Positions 13,205 to 29,294 of a stretch of 64,000 bases of DNA are shown in pieces. The stretch lies in NCBI GenBank assembly GCA_964016885.1, contig OZ024741.1:203980001-204044000 (forward strand), given 5' to 3'. A model generated the notes under the pieces. The model did no database searches. It was not told where the DNA came from and was given only the letters and a program-made list of their open reading frames with translations. Both the position numbers and the translations under genes were made by a program. Position 1 is the first letter of the stretch, and each line of letters opens with the position of its first letter. The DNA comes from Eledone cirrhosa (lineage: Eukaryota).

Positions 13205-13627
13205 GTATGTAAATTCTTTGAAACTAAGATTTCAGCAACAAAAACAAACATTAGTAGCAGGTAAATAATGTTACACTATAAGAAAAAAAACAAGGAAGAG
13301 TTTAATATTTTGCACTGTGGTCCTTCAAGAAAGAAAGAAAGAAAGAAAGAAAAAAAAATAGGAGAGGCGGGGGGAGTGAATGTTCCATAATTTTTCTATA
13401 ATAGAACTAGGCATCTTCAGTGATGTTTACTCACTTGGTACTGGGGCAAAATAAGCAGATAGCTTCTGTAGACTTTTGCATGATAACATAAAATACTCAT
13501 AACAAGACTTATGTATGTTTATTATACATAAACATATTGTATATATTTTCATATACACTTTTATTATAAATCACAATGCTATTGCTAAATGTTTTGTTCT
13601 TGAACAATTTCTTTCTTTCTACCACAG

Positions 13628-13744
13628 ATAAATAAAAACAACAAATCATCTGAACGAGCTGTAGCAATCACTGATCAACATTTTTACAAGTTTGACCACA
13701 AAAAGAAGTTTAAATTAATGAAATCTGGAATTCCATTTATGTGT
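13628..13744 (+). CDS. Myo1d: Myosin I TH1 exon (PH-like basic K-x-N-K...R motif)
   Basis: ccacag|ATA...TGT|gtaagt; 117 nt; INKNNKSSERAVAITDQHFYKFDHKKKFKLMKSGIPFMC. Not present in the ORF track. Confidence 0.9.
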
Positions 13745-13866
13745 GTAAGTATTATTTTTTTATTTCTTTATTATCAAAGACTAGGAGCCATACCTAGCCA
13801 GAAAGAAAGCCTGAAAGAAAGAGTGGATAGTTATGGCTGGAAGGAGTTTCATCATAGACCTTCTTA

Positions 13867-14083
13867 ATCAGGGCTGACTTGGAGCTAAACAACAATAACT
13901 ACTAACTACACATCAGAGTTGACTTGGAGCTAAACAAAAATAACTACTAACTACACATTAGAGCTGATTTAGGCCTAAGCAACAATAATTATTACATCAT
14001 GTCTGACTTGGAACTAAATAACAATAACTGCTAACTACACATCATGGCTGACTAGAGTGAACAACAATAACTGTTAACTACAC
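13867..14083 (+). repeat. 45-bp intronic tandem repeat, about 5 units
   Basis: atcagggctgacttggagctaaacaacaataactactaactacac starting at 13867, 13912, 13957, 13996 and 14041. Confidence 0.85.
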
Positions 14084-14127
14084 ATACACCAACATTTACC
14101 GTTTGTATGAAATATCTTGTGTTTCAG

Positions 14128-14276
14128 CTAACTGGCGTGAGTGTATCACCAGATATAGACCAGCTTGTTATATTCCACATGAGAGATGGCAATGATCTTG
14201 TCGTAAGCCTTCAGCATCCCGGCCAAGAAGACAGAGTTGGAGAAGTGGTCGGTGCTGTTTGCAAAAACTGGCATCG
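14128..14276 (+). CDS. Myo1d: Myosin I TH1 exon
   Basis: gtttcag|CTA...CG|gtatgt; LTGVSVSPDIDQLVIFHMRDGNDLVVSLQHPGQEDRVGEVVGAVCKNWHR. Confidence 0.92.
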
Positions 14277-14966
14277 GTATGTACTATCTTTATCAAAGTT
14301 TCCTATAACTAAATTTTAGACTGTGTGTGTGTCTACACTGGGGACTTGATTCAGCCAATGCATGTCACAAGTAACATTTCCGTAAGATCTCTTACTTTTT
14401 TCCAAATTGTTTTAGTTATCTGAACGTAGCAGGCCTAGTGGTGAGGGTGCTGAACTCGGGATCATTAGGTCAGGGTCCAGGTGATGTGTTGTGTTGTTGA
14501 AATACTTTATTTCATGTTGCTCCTTTTGCCAGGAGTTTCAACCAGCAGATAGTATTGGCAATGAAAATACCAAATGGAAACAGTGATTTCTAGGTTCAAT
14601 CTGATCATTAGCTCCTTTCCTTTAAAGATATATATTCAAGTTATATTACAGATAGTATCAGCAATGGAAGACTAATGGCAACATTGTTTCCTTGATCTAA
14701 TCTACCAGCTCCTTTCCTTTTTAGTCATGTGTCTGAGACTACCATTCTTTAATACAATAATCCATTGTGTTATCCACAATTTCTTTATACTTATAATTAT
14801 TTTACATTTCTGCAAAAATTAATTTCTGATATCAATACCACACTCTTCATAATAATAAAAATTCACTCTGTCCTACGCTAATGATGAAATTGAAATTGAT
14901 GTTATAGAGAATGGGACTGAGGATGACAATGATGAGTTTGAGGCAGAAACCCAGAGTGTGTATATA

Positions 14967-15025
<59 letters not shown>

Positions 15026-15105
15026 CTCCCCTGAAGAGTGGTGAATTCTGAAATTATTGGCAATTCCAATAATAATTTTTCCCCATATGAAACAATGGTA
15101 GGGAG
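15026..15105 (+). ncRNA. Type I hammerhead ribozyme-like fold
   Basis: ctccc|CTGAAGA|gtgg..ccat at|GAAA C aatg GTA|gggag. Stem I is ctccc/gggag; the base of stem II has 2 extra nt. Confidence 0.6.
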
Positions 15106-15143
15106 ATCAATGTATACATATATATACATACATATATATATAT

Positions 15144-15916
15144 AGTTATAAAGGTGGGTTGTTTCATTTTAATTTATCTTTTTAATTATAATGTATCTAC
15201 CTCACCTTTCTTAGTTTATAGGTTCCATATGCTAGTGGTATTCCCTGTAACCTGATAAACACACTCTCTCTCATGTGTTTTCTTCTCTATATTATATTTG
15301 AAGAGCCCAGGATTCTTTTTCATTTGAGCTCATGAATTACAGGGACTAACGCGAGTTTCTGACTCCGTTACTTCATTTTAATATATGGCTCTTAACAGTG
15401 GTTTCTCTCTCTCTCTCTCTCTCTCTCTGTTGAGCACCTTAATTTGAATGGTTTTGGGCTGCCATTTCTAGCGCCTCATCCCATTCAAACCACTAGTCTA
15501 CTGTCTCGTACACACATTCCCTTCTCCCATGTGTTGCGAGTCAGTTATTTTAAGTGCTCTTAGATGTGTGGAATGTATACACCTAACGCACGCTGATGAA
15601 CCTGGGTGAATACAATTCCAACACTGATTTCTGGCAAAACATTCCCTCTGAGTTTGTACGTGTGTGATATATAGTTATAAAGGTGGGTTGTTTCATTTCA
15701 ATTTATCTTTTTAATTATAATGTATCTACCTCACCTTTCTTAGTTTATAGGTTCCATACGCTAGTGGTATTCCCTGTAACCTGATAAACACACTCTCTCT
15801 CTCTCATCTGTTTTCTTCTCTATATTATATTTGAAGAGCCCAGGATTCTTTTTTGTTTGAGCTCATGAATTACAGGGACTAACGCGAGTTTCTGACTCCG
15901 TTACTTCATTTTAATA
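15144..15916 (+). mobile_element. Partial-tandem (pseudo-LTR/retrozyme-like) element: ~245-bp direct repeats around a decayed hammerhead
   Basis: 15144-15385 recurs at 15673-15916. Between them: acgcacg|CTGATGA...aAAAC...GTA|cgtgtgt (15586-15665, G12 mutated). TA runs on both flanks. Confidence 0.65.
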
Positions 15917-16294
15917 TATATATATAATGTGTGCGTGTATGTATAAACAGTTTATATAAAGCATTGTGAGATATGTGGTCGGGATTATTCTGGGAAAACT
16001 GATACAATACAAGTTAAAAATAGGAGTGAAAACTAGACTAGAGCAAGGAAAAGAAAACAATGTAGTCTATGCTTTTACCTTATATTTCATGACATTTCAA
16101 GGTTATGACTCAAACCTGCTTTTTATGAATGGTATTGTTCTATTGATATTGATGAGAATAGCCTCTTAGATAGACAAATTTCCAATATTATGTTTGGGGG
16201 CTTCTATGGTGAATTTTATATTTTGTTTGTGACATTTCTGCAAGAGATTTTTAACAGAAGCCCTTGTGTGATTGCATTCATTGATCCATATATA

Positions 16295-16372
16295 CAGGGT
16301 GTCCCCAAAAAATGTATACACACTTCAACAGCATTCTAATAAAAGTGTGTATACATTTTTTAGGACGTCCTG
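16295..16372. mobile_element. 78-bp Tc1/mariner-type MITE
   Basis: TA|CAGGGTGTCCCCAAAAAATGTATACACACTT...AAGTGTGTATACATTTTTTAGGACGTCCTG|TA. Confidence 0.8.
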
Positions 16373-16443
16373 TATATAGTTTGCTGGCAGCCTTTGATAT
16401 TTTTCAAAATTTATTTTATCATTCCATTTTTTTACCTTTTCAG

Positions 16444-16639
16444 CTTAATGAAGCAAGATTTAAAAGTCTTTGTTGGGAAGCAGATGAAATGCATGCTGGG
16501 AGATAAACCACGCAATATCTATGTCCATTTTTCTGCTGACTATATTAATCGTGAGCCAGAGTTTCGCAAAGAAAATGGTAATATGGCATTGATGTGGCCT
16601 GCTCATACAAATAACAAGATGCTATTTAATCATTCCTAA
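16444..16639 (+). CDS. Myo1d: Myosin I terminal coding exon, ending at TAA
   Basis: ccttttcag|C completes the CG+C Arg codon; LMKQDLKVFVGKQMKCMLGDKPRNIYVHFSADYINREPEFRKENGNMALMWPAHTNNKMLFNHS*. Confidence 0.88.
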
Positions 16640-17440
16640 CTAATTATTTCTGAATTCTATTGGAACCCTAGATCACCTATTTGCTTTTCAAGATTGGTAT
16701 GTTTATATACAACATATAGAAAATTGACTATTTCTTTCACCCACCCCTGTTGGTTCAAAACACATTTTATATCTCTCTGCAATATAAAATAATTCCTCAT
16801 AATTTTGAATATTCTTTCGAGAATGAGAATCCCGCAGATTAAAGAGCAACGAATTTTATATTAAAAAAATAACCAGTTAAGTCTTTCATAGTTTAAACTA
16901 ATATATGTGTGTGTGTGTCTGCATACATGTGTGTATATTATCATCATCAATACCGTTTAGCAACTATTTTCCATGTTTGCATGGGTAATTATATATAGGT
17001 ATGTGTGTATATATATATAATTAATACAATAACAGAGATAGTTAAAAGCTAAACTTTGACTGGTAACCATCTCACTCAACAAACATTAGCTTATATTTAA
17101 ATATAAACCCAATTTAAGTGTTTGGGGTGCTAACAATATGTATAATGTGGAAAAACCAGTTGTATTATATATATATATATATATATTAGTCGCTGGTTTT
17201 TGGCATAGCTACGGCTCTCCAACTGTTTATTTTAAACAACGTATTTCTTCAGAAATACAAAATTCCAATACATAGCTGTATACAACTATGCCTGAAGCTA
17301 AATTGTAATTCTATTCTATTATAGGTTGAGCAACTTATACAGCTTCATATGCAAATGAGATTAATCACCTCATTTACACAGACGACAAAGCCATATATTC
17401 TCGCCTCTTTCCAAAGTCCAGCAGTTGCATGAGTGAGAAG

Positions 17441-17488
17441 GATCGTGCTGATGAGGACCAGTTCAGTTTGAAATGCACATCCATGATT
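17441..17488 (+). ncRNA. Minimal type I hammerhead ribozyme within a direct-repeat element (17186-17612)
   Basis: gatcgtg|CTGATGA|ggac..gttt|GAAA T gcac ATC|catgatt; 7-bp stem I including GU pairs. An ~85-bp direct repeat lies at 17186-17270 and 17526-17612. Confidence 0.75.
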
Positions 17489-17626
17489 GTCCTCCCTTGC
17501 TTCTGCTGGACACCGAGAGCCGGCGTTAGTCGCTGGTCTTTTGGCATAGCTAGGGCTCTCCAAATGTTTATTTTAAACATACCGTATTTCTTCTGAAATA
17601 CGAAATTCGAATATATATATATATAT

Positions 17627-17817
17627 ATAGGAACCAGTAAGACCCCGACGGCTGAGCTCAAGCCGTTTCGACGGCTAATTCGAGAATTAGCCGTCGAAAC
17701 GGCTTGAGCTCAGCCGTCGGGGTCTTACTGGTTCCTATTACCCACTCTACTACCCCAAGTATTGAGTACTTTGGTGCGTTATGGTCCACCTGGTTCCTTA
17801 CCACATTTCCTTCGTTA
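17627..17817 (+). repeat. Fold-back element family A, copy 1 (others at 26757-26986 and 31221-31376)
   Basis: Perfect 55-bp arms 17627-17681 / 17684-17738 containing GAAAC GGCT..AGCC GTC, followed by the tail acccactctactacc...ttcgtta shared by all three copies. Confidence 0.9.
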
Positions 17818-17975
17818 TATATATATATACACACACATATGTATGTATATGTATGTATGTATGTATATAGAGATATGTGTATGCATGTATGTAGAGATAT
17901 GTAAAACCCTGACCATGGCACCAAGCAGTTACAGCTTGTGTTCAGCCTTTTCCTATGTGTATGTATATACATATG

Positions 17976-18191
17976 CATTTGTTTTGCAAGACTTCTTATC
18001 TGAAAACGTGTGTTGAAACATCGTTATACTTTGGTAGGGTCATGCTGCCAATAAAAACACACACACCTGTTGGTTTTCACTTCAATTTATTATAAATTTC
18101 CGGTTGGTTGGAAATTTGTAATAAATTGAAGTAAAAACCAACAGGTGCACGTGTTTTTATTGGCAGCATGACCCTACCAAAGTATAACGAT
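17976..18191 (-). repeat. Fold-back element family B, short copy (long copy at 62203-62662)
   Basis: Palindrome 18020-18191. The adjacent ttgcaagacttcttatctgaaaacgtgtgttgaaac is the near reverse complement of 62608-62643. Confidence 0.85.
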
Positions 18192-19530
<1,339 letters not shown>

Positions 19531-22182
19531 TAGAAGGATTTTAATGGATACAGTTTAGTTAAGAAGGAATTTATTGACACGTGTTTCTATAACAGTTACA
19601 TAACCTGAAAACAGCTGCTATCTACAAAGTATTAGTTATGTAGACATTCAATATTTCAAAAATATACCAACCCAAGGTAAAAAGGAATACTTACTGAGTA
19701 TGATTCAAAAAACTAATGAATTCATTCGACGTGTCAGGTGGAAAACGCTCCACTATGATAGAAGCCGTATGAACTCACCATCGGAAAGTGGTGTAAACAA
19801 CAAATTTGGTTTTAGAACGTGTAAAAACCCACCCACCAACCCACTATTAGATGCATTTGAGCAGGACCTTATGGACTTAATCCTTAAAATTAAATTCAAA
19901 GGACGTAACACCAACAACAAATTACAGAAAGATATTAAAAAACTACTGGACGACCTTAAAAACACCAAAGGAATTGTAGTAAAAGCGGACAAAACATCAA
20001 ACCTGTATACTATCGACTGCACTACATACAACAACTTCATTCGAAAAGAATTACATAAAAAATATAGAAAAACGAATGAAGTAACTCTTAAGCACATCAA
20101 TGATGAGGCATGCGAAATAGTGAAAAATCTCGGGATCGAAGATAGGACAGGACCACTATTACCGGCGGTACCCACCTTCAATCTTAAGGACCATAAGGTA
20201 AACTTTGATAATGACCCTAAAATTAGATTAATCTGCCCCTCTAAATCAGATATAGGTAAAATAAACAAATATATCTTAGATAGAATCATCCCCCAAATTA
20301 AGGCTAAGGTTAACATTAAACTCTGGGGGAAGACCCAAGAAGCAATAAGATGGTTTAATAGCATTAGCAATAAGAATAAATCTAAGTTTATCCAGTTTGA
20401 TATCGACGAATATTACTCATCGATATCACCTGAAACTTTGAATAGAGCCATTAAGTTTGCTAAGGATAACTCTGACCTTACAAACGATGAAATTAAGATT
20501 ATATTAGAAGCTAGGGAAACTATAGTCAAATTTGAGAACAGTTATTGGGTACGTAAAGATAGACCCTCTAACTTTGACATAACAATGGGCTCTAACGATT
20601 CGGCGGAAATAACTGATATTGTGGGGTTATTTATCGCCTTTAGACTCCAGGAAAAATTCAGCAATCTCCACGGCGGAATATACCGCGACGATGTTCTCCT
20701 CCTAGTTAAAAACCTAAATAACCAAAGATATAAGAAAACTACTACTCGAAATAGGACTAACTATAACATATGAATACAACCTTAAAGTAGTTAACTTCCT
20801 GGATGTCACACTCAGTTTAAACTCTGGTCTGATTAAACCGTTTCATAAATTGAATGAAAATCTCAAGTACGTAAATGTTGGGTCTAACCACCCCATCTCT
20901 ATAATTAAATCTATCCCTAAAAATATTTCCCTTAGAATCTCGGGTCTATCTTCTAACATACAAGTATTTAAGTAACAGGCCGAGTACTACGATAACGCCC
21001 TTAGTAAAGCAGGCTACCTCAACAAAATAGAATATATAGATGAGAACAATCAAAACACCCAAAATAAATCCCACATAGGTAGATATAATAACACAACACC
21101 AAACCACACTTACTACCATAGTATACACAGCAGTAAACCAACAAACAAAACTAATAGAAAGCGATGCAAAGAGTACTTATGGTATAACCCTGAATACAAT
21201 AATTCCATTAGTACAAATTTACCAGTACTCTTCTTTAAAATAATTAAGAGACATTTTCCTACATCACACAAATACCACAAAATCTTAAACCCTACCACTA
21301 TAAGACTGTCATACTCTACAGCGTCAAACCTTGAACAACACATAAAAAAGATCAATACTAGAAGGTTAAACGAAAACACTAAAAACTTAGGTACAAAGAA
21401 CACAAAAAAAACAGTAGACAATACACTACAGAACATAAATAAACCACACCTAAGTTCGTCCGCAATACTAGTCCAGAGAAAACCCAACGTACACAACTGT
21501 AACTGCACCTATCCTGACAATAACTGCCTGGAAAAAAATATTATTTATAAGTGTACCATTAAATCCGGAGGCAACGAGTGGTATTACGTGGGATCAACGG
21601 CAACATCGTTTAAATCTCGATTATATAGGCATTCTTACTCAATAAAACACCAGAGCCAAAGAAATGTAACAACTTTAGCAGAAAAAGCTTGGACGCTCAG
21701 GGATAGCGATCAAAAGTTTACCCTAAAATGGGAGAAATTAGCTAAAACCCAAAGCTTTTCCAGGAGCCACAATTTCTGCAAATTGTGTAATCTTGAGATC
21801 TATTACATAATCACACACAAGAAGAAATTGCTGAATAACAGAATTGAACGAACATTATTCTGCCGTCACCGAACTAAAACCCTTTTTTCCCACTACAAGC
21901 TGAATATTACATAAAAGAGGGACAACCCCCCAACTATATAAACCTCAATCTAGTTAGAAAAATATAAAAACAATCTCTTCTCAATATGTATATTAATAAC
22001 CTTAAATTACCACACTAATAATGGAAATATATGCTGATGAGAATAGGTGCAAATATGCGATAATGAATGTGTCTAAAAGCGACCATAAGTATGTATATAG
22101 ATGTGAAAATATATAAATAAGTAAATATATATATATGTTTGATGTGTATAGTTGGATGTAAGTGCATTCATGTATTAAAGTG

Positions 22183-22238
<56 letters not shown>

Positions 22239-23026
22239 GACTGGAGTATGTGTGTATATATGTGTGTGTCTATACATGTGTATATAAAGATAAGTTGAGT
22301 ATGAAAATGTATACACATGAACGCGTATGTATGTACGTGTATATATGTGTATATATATATGTATGCATGTGTATATGTATGTAAGTATGAGCATGTAAGT
22401 ATGTGTATGTGAGTATATGTATTTTGTAGAGGTGTGCATATATGTTTGTGTGTGAATGCGTGGGCGAAAGGATACGCACACTTGAAAGAAAAATTTAAGT
22501 CTGAATGTTAATTAAGTGCAAACACAAAACCAACCACACATATCTATACTATCTCTAATCCCTCTATAGATTTAGAAAAATAACCAATAATATATTCTAT
22601 AAAAATGTCAAAACAACAGATGGAAATCTAATTACTCACTGCCACCAAAAATTCTCACTGCTATCAAAAAACCACTCCCTCAACTATTCTTCTAACAACA
22701 TCACCCCTCCCTCGTAATATTCTCTATAAAAACCAAACAGGTCCTCAGTAAAATTATTCCGATGAAATGACAGTTGATAATAACATTGAAATATTGACTG
22801 TCTACATAACTAATACTTTGTAGATAGCAGCTGTTTTCAGGTTATGTAACTGTTATAGAAACACGTGTCAATAAATTCCTTCTTAACTAAACTGTATCCA
22901 TTAAAATCCTTCTATTTTTCTCCGGACTACTTTTGGAACTACAACTGGAACCGTCGAGCAAACTCTGCGTGAGCTGTCCATCTACTGTGTGTAATATTTA
23001 TATTACAACACTACGGAAAATACTGT
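19531..23026 (+). mobile_element. Penelope-like retroelement (RT + C-terminal GIY-YIG; Nematis-like), near full length, inactivated
   Basis: KNIP..IRRVRWK, KADKT, FDIDEYY, MGS, YRDD, then VNFLDV and GSNHP in another frame, WYNP, CNC..CL..IIYKC..YYVGST..FKSR..H, and CKLC..CRH ending at 21914. Frameshift near 20730 and a stop near 20973. 129-bp inverted termini at 19531-19659 / 22786-22914. The clade call is from remembered motifs. Confidence 0.92.
22754..22874 (+). ncRNA. Hammerhead-like motif in the Penelope-like pseudo-LTR
   Basis: ttatt|CCGATGA|a atgacagtt...aactgttat a|GAAAC ACGT GTC|aataa. Palindromic stem III loop; U4C change and an A.A apposition at the base of stem II. Confidence 0.65.
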
Positions 23027-25050
<2,024 letters not shown>

Positions 25051-25095
25051 CAAGTAAGTATGTTTTGAAACAGTGAGCAGGTTTGAAATTAGAAA

Positions 25096-25283
25096 ATATA
25101 TAGCTTTCACCGTATTTTTGACTAAAGGAATTTTAGCCTGATAGTGGGGTTTAGAACCCTCAGAGAAATGGAAAAAGATGAGTATTGACGTCAATACTCA
25201 TCTTTTTCCATTTATCTGAGGGTTCTGAACCCCATTATCAGGCTAAAATTCCTTTAATCAAAAATACGGTGAAAGCTATATAT
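25096..25283. repeat. Spacer-less palindrome, ~94-bp arms, with a one-sided tail (25051-25095)
   Basis: Centre gac|gtc at 25189/25190; only a few arm mismatches; flanked by TA arrays. Confidence 0.92.
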
Positions 25284-25290
25284 ATATGTA

Positions 25291-25336
<46 letters not shown>

Positions 25337-25769
25337 TATGTGTGTATGTATGTGTGTATGTATGTATGTGTATATGTATGTGTATATGTATGTATGTGTA
25401 TATGTATGTATATATATATGTATGTATGTATATATGTATGTGTATATATATGTATGTATGTGTATATATATGTATGTATGTGTATATATATGTATGTATG
25501 TGTATATATATGTATGTGTATATATATGTATGTATGTGTATATATATGTATGTATGTATATATGTACATATATATATATATATATGTGTGTGTGTATATA
25601 TGTATGTATATATATATGTGTATATATGTATTGATATGTATCTATGTATGTATGTATGTATGTGTATATATGTATTGATATGTATCTATGTATGTACGAG
25701 TTGGCAGACACCATATATATATATATATATATATATATGTATCTATGTATGTACGAGTTGGCAGACACC

Positions 25770-25801
<32 letters not shown>

Positions 25802-26004
25802 GTAAGTATATGTACGTATGTATATATATATATATATATGTACGTTAAGTATATGTATGTATATGTACGTATGTTTGTATATATATATATATATCTATGT
25901 ATATGAAACAACTAGTCCTTTAAAAGTCACATCTAAATGGGATACATTTATTCTCACTACTTATTTTAATTGTGGTTCGCTCCTGTTTTTGAGTGGAAGA
26001 CATT

Positions 26005-26068
<64 letters not shown>

Positions 26069-26718
26069 ATATGAAGCATTGTGAGATATGTAATAGAGGA
26101 TTGATATGTTTCAGGGAGACGGTACAATGCGGTTAAAATATGGAAAGGGTAAATGATGACAAAACATAATAGTCATGTTTTTGTTCAGTATATTTCGACA
26201 TAATATTTCAGGGCTAAAACCCTCTTTTCAAATGTAAAAAGAAAACGGTTCAAAATAAAACAAACAATCGATGTGCTCTTCCCTTAGATCATTTAAGGAA
26301 GAACACATTGATTGTTTGTTTTGTTTTATTTGTTATCCTTTACCCTTTATATATTTCTACCACATTGTATGAGCTTTCTGAAACATATCAGTCATTTATT
26401 TTATCTATATACACACACACACATATATATATATGTATATATATATATACACATACACCCCCCTCCCACAACACATATATGTGTGCATACATGTATGTAT
26501 GTACAGGTAAACATTTAGTATGAAATTAATTTAGATAACTGCAGAAATCCAAGATTAGTGTTTTGAAATTTTTTAAATACCCAACATATATGTAAAAATA
26601 CATATATGTAAAAATTATTGCATTGCTCAAGTATGGTAGTATGCCACCAAACTTCAACAATGGATAATGGTGTTCCTTCCTAACTGAACTAACTAAATAA
26701 ATAAATAAATAAACAAAC

Positions 26719-26752
<34 letters not shown>

Positions 26753-28781
26753 ATATATAGGAATGAGTAGGACCCCGACGGTTGAGCTCAAGCCGTTTCA
26801 ACGGCTAATTCTGGACTAAAAAAAATGATTTTCATTATTTTTTTTTAGTCCAGAATTAGCCATTGAAACGGCCGGAGCTCAGCCATTGGGGTCCTACTCG
26901 TTCCTATTACCCACTCTACTACCCTAAGTATTGAGTACTTTGGTGCGTTATGGTCCACCTGGTTCCTTACCACATTTCCTTCGTTATATATATATATTTA
27001 TCATTAGCATCAGAGTTTTTACATCCACTTTACTATACTGGCATCGGTTGGATGGTATGTTTTGAAACAATATTTTACAACTGGATGCCCTTTCTTGATG
27101 CCAACTCTTTTAGTCACCTCTTACAACACATACATAAATACACATATGTGTTTGTGAGTATATATATATATGTATGTACATATCTAGGAGTCAAATTCAC
27201 AACCTTATAATCATCAACCAAATATGAAAACCACTAAGCCAAATAACCTTCAGTCAAGGAATTTATCTTTAAAATCAAAGCTAGAACCAATCCATACTTG
27301 CATAACCTCTCAATGGCATGACCTCTCAATGGCATCACCTTAATTCTAGTTACCAGGAAGTATTATCATTATAGATGTCATTTTTGTTCTACTGTCCAGA
27401 ATGTGCAGTCATTATAGAAAGTCAGTTGAAGAAATTTTGTTGCCAACCAATGAAGGACAAAGTGGCAGGAATCATTAGAGAGTTGGACTGAATGATTTGT
27501 GGTATTAATTCAAGCTCTCTGCTGTCTTCATTTAAATTCTGCTGAGGTGAACTTTGCATTTCATCTTTGAAGGTCAATAAATAAGTTCCAGTACTGTCAT
27601 TGATTCTCTCCTCTCTCCCCCAACACACATTCAGTTGTGTTCAGAGATGCAAAGGGATAGACCATAAGGTTTTAAAACAAATTTCCAATGTGGTGTCTCT
27701 ACACCACCATCAGGAGTTTAGAGACCATAATGGATGGAATCATAAAGAATATAGTTAGAAATTGGGAATTAATTAACTATTTTCATAACAACCTGGCCAA
27801 ATCTGACTCTTGGTCTATGAAACAAAACTACCAATTTTAAAGTGTTCCTATTTAAATTAAAATATTCTAACATAATTTTACATAAATATCTGTTAAAGTT
27901 ATTATCTTAGTAATGAAATAATTAATAATTTTAGTAAATCCTCACAATTCTTCATTGAAATAATGTCTTTCATTAGATATATATATCATTTCAGATTTCA
28001 ACTTGAAAGTTATATTATAAATTTCATTGTGTATTTATATAGTCTGCTTATTTATGTACCAACACAAACATATTCTTCAGCATATCTGTAGCAATAGACC
28101 TTAGAAATTAAATAATGAATATTTACACTAGAACACAGTGTATATTTGAAGATTATAGTAAGCTAAAACATAAACTAGCATTCTTATGCATTTCAGCTAT
28201 TATGTGTCCTCATCAGATTCTGTTAACGTTTTATAGAATTTAAAAAATACATGAAATGGTCAGTCTAACTTATATGATGTACATATGTTTGGTTGTGTAA
28301 TTAAACTTGAAGAAGAGTGTCTATGACATTTCAATAATCTGGTCTGCAATTGAAACTATGGCACTGTATTTCAAAATCCCTGAGTTAAGAGATGCCAGGA
28401 AGAGCATTCCCATGTCATGGGGCCTGCAAGGCTAACTCTTGCTTTATTGAGGAATATGGCCTTAAACACTTGTTGCTTCTTATTTGAAAATTTTAATACA
28501 ATACCTTCTCTGTATCACAGATAAGTATCATATTTTTACACAACTATTTAATATGCTCAGTGGAAAGATAGAGGCAGTATGGAAATGCAGACAGAATAAC
28601 TGCCTCATGAAAAATGTATTCCAGCTGCAGACAGAATAATCTATGACCTGACAGAGTGTATGATAATAGAAGCAGCTCCAATCACATCATTATTCCAGCC
28701 CAAATAACATCAAAACTAGGCAAGTTTTCAAATCATATCTTGACAGGAAAACTACGATTACTAAATTAATTTTATTTTCTA

Positions 28782-29294
28782 CTAACAGTGGTACCCGGCG
28801 TTGCACGGGATAAGGTATTGTGAAATATATAACTGCCTTAGCTAAGTTTAGTATTGCCACAACCACGGCTCGCAAAGAAGTAAGGGTCTGGTGGTATGTA
28901 AGTAAGCAACACTGTGGCTTAAAACGTGAGGAAGAAGTTGTGTGCACTTACCAACTGTTTGGGGAATGAGTGTGAGATTTGTCTTGAGCAAGGGTGGCAG
29001 AATAACTGGAGGCAGCAGACAGCCAGACATACAGACATACAGACAGATATTATAAGGGTGCGACGTTATATGTATGTATCTATCTAAAAAGAGAAAGACT
29101 AAGAATTATAGAGAGAGATCGCTAAATTGCCTAATGCGGTCCCTAGGGCATTGAAAATTTGAAATTCTTTTTGCTCAGAAGACTCCCTGAAACATAAGTA
29201 TTACATGTGTAAAGTTTGGAAACAGTCGATTGGGTGGTTCTCTAGTTTTAGGGATTCAAACTCAGGCAGACATCCTCAGTTTTATATATATAGA
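28782..29294 (-). mobile_element. Non-autonomous Helitron (~510 bp)
   Basis: On the - strand it starts A|TCTATATATATAAAACTG and ends with hairpin CCCGTGCAACGCCGGG + taccactgTTAG|T. Confidence 0.8.

Noticed and set aside
19700-21914. Selenoprotein-type (Naiad) Penelope-like element
   Set aside because: The endonuclease is C-terminal, and the lesions are a frameshift and a TAA, not in-frame TGA codons.
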